DNA from: Diplonema japonicum
Taxonomy: Eukaryota > Protista > Euglenozoa: Diplonemea
Reading direction: 5' to 3'
NCBI GenBank assembly: GCA_964019335.1
Contig: OZ025709.1
Span: 372,001 to 436,000 of the forward strand
DNA length: 64,000 nucleotides
The notes beneath the pieces are model-generated. The model searched no databases and was not told the DNA's origin. It saw only the letters and a program-made list of their open reading frames with translations. This document shows, piece by piece, positions 10,728-20,071 of this stretch. Every line of letters begins with the position of its first letter. Position 1 is the first letter of the stretch. The position numbers and the translations under genes were made by a program.

Positions 10728-12055
10728 CAGGGCTATACAAGCATTTTTTTTGAAAATAAGGAAACGGAAACGTTTCCTTACTTTAAAGCCGTTTCCTTAA
10801 GAAGGAACACGCTTCCTCTGAAAAAGGAAACGCGTTTCCTTAACCCTTATCCGCCCAACGACTCATTTTGGGTTTGTTCCCTGTATCCATCCAAACCAAA
10901 GTCTTGGACCGGTTTCCATGAAAAAAAGATGGGATGGAAAGATTTAGAAAATCTGCGCTAAATGCGCTATTTGTACCCACCCATCTGAAACTTCATAGCT
11001 TCAACCCAGAACAGGGGGTACCGAGACACTGGGTGACACCCAAAATATGGGTATTTTCCTAATTTTTCTTGATTTTTTCCCTCTGAATTTCTTTTTGAGT
11101 CACTCGCGGACAGTTCCCAGCCAAAGAACAGGGGGAAGAGGAAGAAGCAGCCTCTATCACATCGTCGATGTTGACAGCTTAGAAAGAAGGAGATGAGGAA
11201 CTACCTTGAGGAATGGGGGGTCGATGAATCGATGGTTCAAGAGGGGAGAGAACCAAACCGCCGGCACATGGCAAGATGGCTATGGATTCGTGCCAGACTT
11301 CGTTTTTTCAACGCCACGCAGTACTTTTTTTTCAGCTATTCAACGACGCAGTGATCGATTACTTGATCGAGCAAATCAAAGTACACGAAGCGAAGATTAA
11401 CCAAGTAACCTCAGAACGGAAGGAATGAGTTTTTGAAGTGGATTGAGTTTGTCATACTCATGGGGAACAGGCTCCTCTCCGCATGCGAGAACGAAGGTGA
11501 TCATTTGTATATTGACAACTGGTATAGCGGTGGTAGGTGTTCAGCTCTTCCATGAGTTGAAGGGCGTGGGGATATACTGCTGTGGAACGATTCGCAAAAA
11601 TAGGCGGGATCAATGCACCTCCATGGCCCGAAAACATTTTAAACATTTAGTGGAATGAACGCAGATTTTCAAGATCTTTGTTTTGAGACAGATGTGCAAG
11701 AACAGAGGCAGAATAGCCACAGGACAGGCCTGAAAAGGAAGATTTCTGGGTGCTGGTAAGGCTGAAATCACTGTTGTGGGACCACCTACTCATGACCCCG
11801 CTTCTTATTGATCGAAATCACAAAGTTTTTAGTGGAATGAACGCAGATTTTAAATACTTTCAAATGCGTACCTCGAACCAAAAGATAACTTCAAGACCAG
11901 CATGTCCGGCCCATGCCAACAAGGGACCAAAAGCGGGAAAATCCAAAAATCAATTAACCCCCCCCCCCCCCCCGGGCTGATGAGGGTTAAGTATCTGGAA
12001 AAAAAAAATAAGGAAACGGAAACGGAAACGGAAAACGTTTCCCCCGTTTCTTGCC
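10728..12055. mobile_element. hAT-like MITE with GGAAAC/AAACGG subterminal repeats, split by a piggyBac insertion
   Basis: Starts CAGGGCTAT. AAGGAAACGGAAACGTTT motifs occur on both sides of the piggyBac. Related short copy at ~57166-57261. Confidence 0.45.
10844..11986 (+). mobile_element. Internally deleted piggyBac element
   Basis: TTAA at 10840-43 and 11987-90. 13-bp TIR CCCTTATCCGCCC / CCCTCATCAGCCC. Transposase relic GDHLYIDNWY...LFHELKGVGIYCCGTIRKNR near 11500-11605. Confidence 0.85.
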
Positions 12056-12123
12056 AGTTTTGCCTCCAATTCATATATGAAAAATTAACTCATTTTTATT
12101 TTCTTTTTTTTTTTTTAAAACAG

Positions 12124-12960
12124 TCAAGCCCTCTTCCGAGAGAGGAGCTCCGGGCACAGGGCGTCCGCAATATTCCCAACCAAGCCGATGTTATAGATGT
12201 TTGTGGCGTGCTGAGCGCGAAGTTTCGCCCTCTTCATCGATTCGTACGCTGTCTCGTTCATGAAAACACCCAAAAGGGTGGTCCAGAGGAGGATACCTAT
12301 GAGGATCGAAAATACCACACAACAAGAGATAATTAGCAGGGTGGCTGCCCCGGTGGGGGTGTGGAAGAACCTGTTCAAAGAGTTCTGGATAGAAGCCAGC
12401 CGCGACAAGTGATTAGACCGCGAAGGGTGGATGTAAGAGATGGTACCACCTATGACAGACGCGAAGACATGGAAATTCTCCAAATGGCAAAGCTGTTTTT
12501 CGTTGTACTTACAGGCGTTCGTGTAGATAGAAATATATGTAAGATAGGCGCCGTATGTACAAATGAAAAGCTTGAGGCCAAGAAAGCCTATGAAGATTCG
12601 CAGATTTTTAGAACCCACGTCGTTTGCGATCCATATGCAGTGGTGATCAAAGCGTTGCACACACCGGCCGCACTCCCAGCAGTGTTTGGTCCTAGCAGCC
12701 CTTACAACTTCGCATTCTTCACACATTCTTCCTTCTTCATATACTATATGGTCGTACTCATAGTCGGCTGTGCCCTCTCCCTTGATCTCTCCCGGGTTGC
12801 TCCATGCAGCCCACGCGTGCAGCATCACAGAAACCCCAGCGATTACTTTTCTGCTGACGTTCCCCTCTTCCACCTCTATTAATGAGAAATACATCACCAT
12901 CAATGTGTATGTGATACAGGCCAATGTGATTGCTGGCCCAGTGGATGGCTGCGACTTCAT
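12124..12960 (-). CDS. DHHC-family palmitoyl acyltransferase (278 aa)
   Basis: CxxC...RTKHCWECGRCVQRFDHHCIWIANDVG motif, four hydrophobic segments, NETAYE and NIYNIG C-terminal motifs. Confidence 0.95.
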   Translation of the reverse strand: MKSQPSTGPAITLACITYTLMVMYFSLIEVEEGNVSRKVIAGVSVMLHAWAAWSNPGEIKGEGTADYEYDHIVYEEGRMCEECEVVRAARTKHCWECGRCVQRFDHHCIWIANDVGSKNLRIFIGFLGLKLFICTYGAYLTYISIYTNACKYNEKQLCHLENFHVFASVIGGTISYIHPSRSNHLSRLASIQNSLNRFFHTPTGAATLLIISCCVVFSILIGILLWTTLLGVFMNETAYESMKRAKLRAQHATNIYNIGLVGNIADALCPELLSRKRA

Positions 12961-13244
12961 TTTTTTTTTTTTTTTTTTTTTCCCTCCTTCTTATTTTTTC
13001 CCACTTTTCTTTTTTTCCCCTTTTTTTTTTTGAAGGTTTGGGGGAAAAAAAAAAAAAAAAGGAGAAAAAAAAAAAAAAAAAAAACGGTCATTATTGTACC
13101 TTCGGCACACCGATAGGGGCGGTGGGGGGGGGGGGGGGGGAGGGGAGTTTTTATTATTACCCATCAAGGCTTTTTTTTTTAAAAAATTGATAAAAATGGT
13201 GAGGTGGGGAAGAAAATAAAAAGGGGACCCCCCCCCCCCCCAAC

Positions 13245-13472
13245 TCACTCCTTTTTCACTTCTTCCTTTTTCACTTCCTCCTTTTTCATTTCTTCCTTTT
13301 TCACTTCTTCCTTTTTCACTTCTTCCCTTTTCACTTCTTCCCTTTTCACATCTTCTCCACAGGATTCTTGGGTTCTATTTCTTCTTCGCTGTCGGATTCT
13401 TTTGCGTTTTCTTGCTCCATCCTTCTCCTTCGGTTCCTCCGGAATTTTCATATCCTTGAAGTCGAAACACAT
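13245..13472 (-). CDS. Short basic/charged ORF ending in (VKKEE)n; possibly the tail or fragment of a larger gene
   Basis: Frame stays open upstream to ~13568. No recognised domain. Confidence 0.3.
   Translation of the reverse strand: MCFDFKDMKIPEEPKEKDGARKRKRIRQRRRNRTQESCGEDVKREEVKREEVKKEEVKKEEMKKEEVKKEEVKKE
13248..13352. repeat. 15-bp tandem repeat, ~7 units (encodes VKKEE/VKREE)
   Basis: Units of TTCTTCCTTTTTCAC with variants. Confidence 0.85.
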
Positions 13473-14287
13473 AGCCGATAGTGCTTTGAGACATATAGGA
13501 GAATATCGGCTTTGAACATATGCAGATTGAGCAAGTTGTTTGTACTGGTCACTATCGCTGGGGTCTGAACTAGCCTGACGATGGCAGCCTTGGATAAGAA
13601 CCTAGAAGGGATTTTTTCCCCCCCCCCAAATATGAGAACACTTTTTTTGGCACTTCCGAAAATTTGTTTCGATTATTTGAGCAAAAAAAAAAAGATGTTA
13701 TTGAAGGGAACCTGCAGTACAGGATCGCCTAAAAAAAGGGCAGCATGCAACCATAGGAAGATGACATATATGGTGCTCAAGCGCACTTGTGACCCGGTGG
13801 GTACCTGGGTACAACCCAGGGTCGGGTTACTGTTAAGTACTAAGCGAAAAATATGGTGTCGCATAGCCCCCGAAAATCCGGTTTTTACAGCATATATATA
13901 TATATATATTTTTTTTTTTTTGGCATTTTCAAGGGATTCTAAGGGATTTTGGCCTAACATGGCCTTTTTTTCAGAAAAACCAAGTCTTAACACTTGCCCA
14001 TCTGCTGAGGTTTTTTTTTCTTTTTTTTTTTTTTGCACTCACTAAAACTTAAAAGGTAAAAATTTTGCTTTTTTAAGGGGGGTTTAAAGGGATTTTAGCC
14101 TTAAATAGGCCAAAATGGCGCTTTAAGGGAAAGTACAGCCCACCCAAAATGACCCCAAAAGTTTCACAGCGTGCAACGAAGCACGAACTACCTTTTAAAA
14201 AAATGGGGTCTGGGTTATTTGTAACTTCCAAAATTGAATCGTTTACCAAAAAAAAAAAAAAAAAAAAAACCAAAAAAGAAACCATTC

Positions 14288-14328
<41 letters not shown>

Positions 14329-14354
14329 ATTCTGTTAACTGAATCGTCCAATAC

Positions 14355-14830
14355 TACCTATAGGCGCTCTTGCGAGCCAACGTGCCAAAATAAAATAGGC
14401 TAAACTCGCACACTGGTGTGAGCTTCAAGGGAGCTAAACGTTTCAGACATTGCGTGCCACACCCATAGGCCTCACGACCGGGGAGGGGGACATTTATCTT
14501 TCGCCCGTAAGCTAGAGTGCGCATGCATCCCCAGCTCGCTTTGGGAGGTGTTGCCAACACCTGGGTCGCTTCGCGGTCCGACCTGCTGCCCAATTCAAAG
14601 CGCGGTTGCGGTGAATCCAAGCCCCCTAAGCATCGACACGAATAACAAAGGGGTTTGTTACGCCGGGATATCTTGTTCACCAATGCTCCATACCCCCCTG
14701 TTGCCAGTTCGCCGGATGAGCATACTGCTGGGACTTCCACTCATCCGTTGCCCGGTGGGTACCACGAGGAGGTCAGCAACAATTCTATACTTTTGGTCAC
14801 GCAGGGCCTGTTCTACATTTAGTATAGTCC
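14355..14830 (-). mobile_element. Short non-coding element, family B, headed by an HDV-like ribozyme
   Basis: GC-rich non-coding island between homopolymer tracts. Its 5' part is homologous in fold and in P4 sequence to family A. Confidence 0.6.
14699..14830 (-). ncRNA. HDV-like ribozyme core (family B); 5' strand of P1 missing
   Basis: P2 UGUUGCUG/UGGCAACA; P3 ACC/GGU; L3 UCCUCGU; P1-3' ACCCACC; GGGCAAC; P4 CGGAUGAG/CUCAUCCG; GGCGAA (catalytic-position C at 14711). Confidence 0.8.
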
Positions 14831-14951
14831 AAAAAAAAAAAAAAAAAAAAAAAAAAAACATGTTTTTGCACACGTGTTTTAAAAATAAAAAAAACGGCGA
14901 GCATTTTTGACCTATATGGTGCTCAAGCTACGACAGAGCTGCTTGTTCTAC

Positions 14952-15313
14952 TTAGAAATTTAACGGGGGGGTCATTTGTGTTGACATTTTTTTTCCCGTT
15001 CTGCTTGAGCTCCATACCGATAATGAAACAGGTGTCGCATGTTCCAACTTCTGGGCGTAGATCCCCATGGCTTCAAAGTTCGACTTCATCATGGCAGCTC
15101 TCATCTTTATCACATTCCTGTCATCACTATTGGGAACCATCTTTTCAAAGAGATTATCACAATCGTCCCAGCGCTTTAAAGGATGGTGTTTGAACAGCAA
15201 GCTGAGGTAAAAGTACTCTCTTCTTTTAATAGGGTGGCTCGACAGGAGTGTCAATCCTAGTCTCATAGGGCACTTTTTCAGTTTGCTGATCCGCTCCTTG
15301 ATATTGAACTGTG

Positions 15314-15358
<45 letters not shown>

Positions 15359-15612
15359 AAACGTACCCTCGACCCCAAGCTCTTAAACACCATCTTCTTC
15401 GTTCTATTGATATACCTTGCATCTTGGAACGCCACATCCCATACTTTTCTGGCCATGTTCGGTGTTGGCTGCAACCCTAGCTTCATCATATATTGACACG
15501 AATCTTCGATTTCGGACAACTTTGTGAGTCCCACAAACCTTTCGATGGCCATCTTACTTGGCTCACGGGTCTTTGCCACTTTGGCACACCGGACAATTGT
15601 TCGAGACAACAT
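14952..15612 (-). CDS. Hypothetical protein (~200 aa), probable mitochondrial presequence; 1 intron
   Basis: Starts MLSRTIVRCAK. GT-AG intron 15309-15366 joins the two ORF-track frames in phase. Confidence 0.65.
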
Positions 15613-15732
15613 TTTCCCCCCTCCTCCCACCTTTTCGTTTCCCTTTATTTTTTTTTTTCGCACTTAAGGGGGGGGGTAAAAATAAAACGTGGGAACACAT
15701 TTCTTTTTTTTTTTTTTTTTTTTTTGCCTCTC

Positions 15733-18700
15733 TCATAAACAACCCATTTCTTGGTTTGCAACCGCTGCTTGTTTATACCTGGACAACGGGAGGCCAAATG
15801 CCTTGACGAACTCGTGTTGGACCCTCGATTTCAACGAAGGTGTGACCTTGACTTTCGGATAGTGATCCGCATCAATTGGTTGCGGTGCAGAAGGTATCGA
15901 AGAAGGTGTCTTCACCATCATGTTTGAAACCGGGGCGAAAACGGTTTGCGATCGTGCCACGGGTCCGGTAACAGGATGGCGAAGGACCTCGGGGACCCAA
16001 AAAGAAGGAAGCGCTAGTTCTCGCGACGCAGCAGCAGCAGCAGCAGGGTAGTCGACGATACCCCGAAGAGGAAGCGGCATCTCCATCTCCACAGCCGCCT
16101 CACTGTTTGCAACAGAATAGTCAACAGAGAGTGACTCACCCGTTACAGTTTTCACTGTTTGCCGCAACACCTCAGTGAAACCGTCTAGCGCCGACTGAAG
16201 CATCCAAAACTCAACCGCCCTGCTCAGTTCCGTGTTGATCACAGCGCGCAACACTTCACAGTTCAACAGTACAGCCGTTTGTTGGAGCGACACTACAACG
16301 GTTCGCATCTCCTTCCGTATTCCTTCATTCAACCCTACAACAGGCTGCTTCAGAGTTCCCAACAACCGAGGGACGTATCCGTGAAATGACTTTCCTTGAG
16401 GCATATTCGAACCGGGGAAGATGTTCCTCAACCGTTTCATCGAGTCTGTGACTGTCTGTACATCGTGCTTCATCGGAGGAGCAGGGACCGCCACAGGCGT
16501 TCTGTCCACAGAAGGAATCACCGGTGAGGATGATTGCAATGGAACCAACTGCCCCTGAGACGGACATCTAGGTATAACGTTCAACCATTTTGGTAAATAA
16601 ACGTCAGCGGACACATCATCAGCACCCATCGTGTTTGAAAATCCACAACAAGCACACACCGTCCGTTCCTTCCACCATTGTGTAGGAGGAGGGAGAGGGA
16701 CCGATGGTAGTGGTAACGGAAGCGATGTGGATGGAGGTGGTGTTGCAGACAACGGTGCAGGGGTTAGGCATGTTATTTCGCTTCCCGGAGGCGTGGTCTC
16801 GGGTTGCGTCATGGTTCCGATGTCTTTACGGGTGATGCATGCGGAGTTGGTTCCCTCCCCTTCTTCGTACGATAACGTTCTTTGCCGGACGATTTCGTTT
16901 TTCTTGTTCTCGCTGCCGTCGTTCAAGACAGCCACGGCGCCTGCCGACACAGCTTGCGTCATGGCCTTTTCGACAAGGTGCTGCGTCGCAACCAAACTGT
17001 TATCAGCGGATGGTGTCGGGGCGATCACAGGTTCCTTCTTGATTACGACAAGTAATGGTGTCATGATTGTGTGTTCGGTTTCCGTCAACAGTGTTGGTGG
17101 GGTGATGGTGTCCCTCATCGTGGTTATCGTGGTTTCCTCAACACTCTCCTCGCTTCTGAAGCTGGCCCCTCCCAATGATAGCACGCTTGGCGACCTGTCA
17201 GCAAATGAAGTCGATTGTTGCCTTGACACCACCGACGATGTCCGGTAAAATGTCCCTTCTACCTCTCCCAAAAGGTTTTGCCGTTGTTGTTGCTGTTGCC
17301 GCTGCTGCCTGGAATGGTATACTGTCCGTTTCTTCTTGGCAGTGGGCAGAACGGAGCTTTTCTTCATTAGAACTTCGTTCTCCGCCTTGATTTTTTCCAT
17401 GTCCTGGATCTGTTCGGATAGCTTCTCGATCTTTACCTGTTCCTCCTTGAACTCCTCGGCGGCCTTGGTGTCACCTGTTGAGATTTTGCTTACAATCGAG
17501 TAGACGGTTTTGGGAAGCCTTCCTTGAAGGTGCCCCCATCTCGATCTCCATTCTTTCCGTTCGAGCTCCCACCGGGCCTTGTCGATGTTGTGAGATTTTA
17601 TCACTTCACGGGCTTTGTGTCTGTCTTTGACAACTCGCGCTCGGAGTCTTTTGTCGATCCGTTCCAAGGAAACCACCAATGACATGACGTCGGTCAGTTC
17701 AGGTTCCTCGCTCTCATGGTCGGGTCTGGGGGGCTCGCCGTCTTCAGTGTCGTAGTTTTTTAGTATAATGCCGTACTTGTCCACGAGGATGCGAACTTTT
17801 CTGGTGAGGAGGTTCACGTCCGCCTTCAGCTCTCTGATTTTGACGGCTGGAGGAGGTTCTGCTGTTGCTTCCTTATCGTCGCCGGTGTCCTCCCCCGGGA
17901 GCTCGAGGCCGTTCTTTTCAATGTGGTTGCGAAAGTTTCCGAGGAGGTGCTCCAGGCTGTCGATTTTGATCTGCGATGCGATGCACTCCGCCCGCCACGC
18001 AGCCGTTTCAACTTTGACAGTTGTCAGTTGAGTTTGCATTGAATTCACTTCTGCGATATATGCTGGGTCGCTCTCTCCCAACAGTGGAGGGTTGTCGTTA
18101 AACTCGTGGGGCATGACACGGAGCTTCCTGGGTCCGGAGGGTGATGAACTGAGTGTTGAATAGTGGGTACGATCTTCCACAGCGCTGACGGCTTTTAGGG
18201 TGGCGATTTGAGAGCGGAATTTCATTGTGGAATCCTCCAGACTGCGCTCGAGATTTTTGAGCTTTTCAGCTTTTTTCAGGTTCTCATCGCGAAGGTCTTC
18301 TACCACCTCATCTTGGGTTTGGATGCTGGCGGTGAGTTCCTCGTTCGTTTGTGTAAGGTTCGCGACGGTTTCCGTTAAGCTTTTCACGTCGAGGCTGCTT
18401 TGCAACTTCTCCCCGTTCAGTCGGAGAAATTCGTTTGTAAACCTTGTGGACAGGTCTTGCATGTCATTCTCAAGAGACGTGCACCTTTCCTTGAATTCTT
18501 CAAGTGTTTCCATTGCAGCGTTCAGCTGGTTTTGAACCTCGATTTTCTGTGCTTCTTCGCTCTTCCATCTGTGAAGAAGTTCTTGCAACTGATGTTTTGG
18601 GTCGTCCGTGGGCTGGCTGGTGTCACCGCCGTTTCCCCCGTTCGGCTCCATAATGTTTAGAAAATCGAAGAGAGAGAAGACGCCAACGTCAACATTCTCA

Positions 18701-19137
18701 GAACAGTTAGTTTTAGCGGTCAGGTTTTCGCGTAGAATGCAGACTTCTTGATATAAGGTTTTTCTGATGTAGTTTATGATCTCGGCTCTGCGTTGTAAAG
18801 TGCCTTCTGCAATTCTTCTTCTGGATTCTTGTCTTTCGATTTCCAGTTTTCGTTCGTAAAGTCGTTGCTTCAAGACCGAGATCTGCTGTTGCAAGCGGTG
18901 CACCTCGTTGCCTCCCGTCAGCATCTCGGCCAGTTCGTCTCCATCGTCGAAGGGCACCCCTGCTACCAGATCGCTTAAAACCCGTCCTATTCTTACAATG
19001 CCCCTTTGCACGATGCTCAGCGAGCCGCTGCCCTCGTTCATGCGAATTTCCTCTTCCACGCACTCGCAGTGTGCCTGTACACGTTCCGCGGCTTCGATGA
19101 CAAATTCCCGTAAACTTTCGTAAGGGGGCAGTTCCAT
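15733..19137 (-). CDS. Large coiled-coil hypothetical protein (1134 aa), Pro/Thr-rich C-half
   Basis: Long uninterrupted ORF. ATG at 19137 follows an A-rich run. Heptad-rich N-half. Confidence 0.85.
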   Translation of the reverse strand: MELPPYESLREFVIEAAERVQAHCECVEEEIRMNEGSGSLSIVQRGIVRIGRVLSDLVAGVPFDDGDELAEMLTGGNEVHRLQQQISVLKQRLYERKLEIERQESRRRIAEGTLQRRAEIINYIRKTLYQEVCILRENLTAKTNCSENVDVGVFSLFDFLNIMEPNGGNGGDTSQPTDDPKHQLQELLHRWKSEEAQKIEVQNQLNAAMETLEEFKERCTSLENDMQDLSTRFTNEFLRLNGEKLQSSLDVKSLTETVANLTQTNEELTASIQTQDEVVEDLRDENLKKAEKLKNLERSLEDSTMKFRSQIATLKAVSAVEDRTHYSTLSSSPSGPRKLRVMPHEFNDNPPLLGESDPAYIAEVNSMQTQLTTVKVETAAWRAECIASQIKIDSLEHLLGNFRNHIEKNGLELPGEDTGDDKEATAEPPPAVKIRELKADVNLLTRKVRILVDKYGIILKNYDTEDGEPPRPDHESEEPELTDVMSLVVSLERIDKRLRARVVKDRHKAREVIKSHNIDKARWELERKEWRSRWGHLQGRLPKTVYSIVSKISTGDTKAAEEFKEEQVKIEKLSEQIQDMEKIKAENEVLMKKSSVLPTAKKKRTVYHSRQQRQQQQQRQNLLGEVEGTFYRTSSVVSRQQSTSFADRSPSVLSLGGASFRSEESVEETTITTMRDTITPPTLLTETEHTIMTPLLVVIKKEPVIAPTPSADNSLVATQHLVEKAMTQAVSAGAVAVLNDGSENKKNEIVRQRTLSYEEGEGTNSACITRKDIGTMTQPETTPPGSEITCLTPAPLSATPPPSTSLPLPLPSVPLPPPTQWWKERTVCACCGFSNTMGADDVSADVYLPKWLNVIPRCPSQGQLVPLQSSSPVIPSVDRTPVAVPAPPMKHDVQTVTDSMKRLRNIFPGSNMPQGKSFHGYVPRLLGTLKQPVVGLNEGIRKEMRTVVVSLQQTAVLLNCEVLRAVINTELSRAVEFWMLQSALDGFTEVLRQTVKTVTGESLSVDYSVANSEAAVEMEMPLPLRGIVDYPAAAAAASRELALPSFWVPEVLRHPVTGPVARSQTVFAPVSNMMVKTPSSIPSAPQPIDADHYPKVKVTPSLKSRVQHEFVKAFGLPLSRYKQAAVANQEMGCL

Positions 19138-19143
19138 TTTCTT

Positions 19144-19177
<34 letters not shown>

Positions 19178-19620
19178 AAGGACAGCAAAGGGTAGGTGGT
19201 AGAAAAAAAAAATAACAATAATATTGCATGCCAAAACTGTAACGGAAAGAAGAGAACAAAAAAAAAAAAAAAATCCCACTGGCCAGTTTAGCACATTCTA
19301 GAGAGAGGTTGTATCTTAGCGTCTCTAGTGCTTTTTTTGTTTTGTTTTTTTGTTTCCTAAAAAAACACGGGGGGGGGGGGAAAGAAAACCAGAATAGCGA
19401 ATAGGGGGGTCACTCTTTTCTTTTTTTTTCCTCTTTAATACTGTGGAGAGAAGATTGTTGGAAGAAAAATATAAAAAAAAATAAGAAGAAACGAAAAGAA
19501 ATGAACAGCTGAATATCAAACGGAGGATATTTATTTCCCCCCCCCCCGGGAATAACAAAATAAAAAGTAAAAAAAAACTCGACGAAAAAAAAAAGAAAAA
19601 AAATGGGGCTTTGATTGCAA

Positions 19621-19929
19621 CACTAGGTGGCGTTAAGCGTGCAATGAAGCACGAACTACCTACTTGATTACAGGGGGCGCTCCTCGGCCGAGCAGTAGCT
19701 TCTTCTGCGTTCCGCGTCGTGTCCTTAATGCGTGCGGTGTGCTCAACCCTAGCCGGGGCGTCCCGGGTAACCAAGATTCTGCGCTCGTGCAGTTTGCTGC
19801 CTGTTCGTCACCCTGAGCATCTGCGTTACGTTCTTCCACTCGGGTGCTACCGGTGATGACCGACGAGGAGGTCAACAGCGAACAACACATCTGATGTGCT
19901 TCTTATATTTCCATGTTATCCCCACCACC
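19621..19929 (-). mobile_element. Short non-coding dispersed element, family A, copy with intact 5' end (SINE/SIDER-like)
   Basis: Related copies at 7499-7780 and 57506-57596. Its 5' boundary coincides with ribozyme G1. Confidence 0.8.
19796..19929 (-). ncRNA. Complete HDV-like self-cleaving ribozyme (predicted)
   Basis: P1 GGUGGUG(19929-23)/CAUCACC(19858-52); J1/2 stem GGAUAACA/UGUUGUUC; P2 GCUGUUG/CAGGCAGC; P3 ACC/GGU; L3 UCCUCGUC; P1.1 GG (19851-50); P4 CACCC-GAG/CUC-A-GGGUG; J4/2 ACGAA with C at 19807. Confidence 0.85.
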
Positions 19930-20071
19930 TAAAAAAAAAAAAAAAAAAAAAAAAAAACACACAACACAACACAACACACAACGACCACACACAAGCACCG
20001 CCTCTATTATCTAATCGAACAATTCTTTTTAAAAACTCTTTTTATTTTATTTTTTATTTTATTTTATTTTT

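Noticed and set aside
13793-13805. 13-nt match CCCGGTGGGTACC to the family B ribozyme
   Set aside because: Context forms only a simple hairpin, not an HDV fold, and it is on the wrong side and strand to supply the missing P1 strand.
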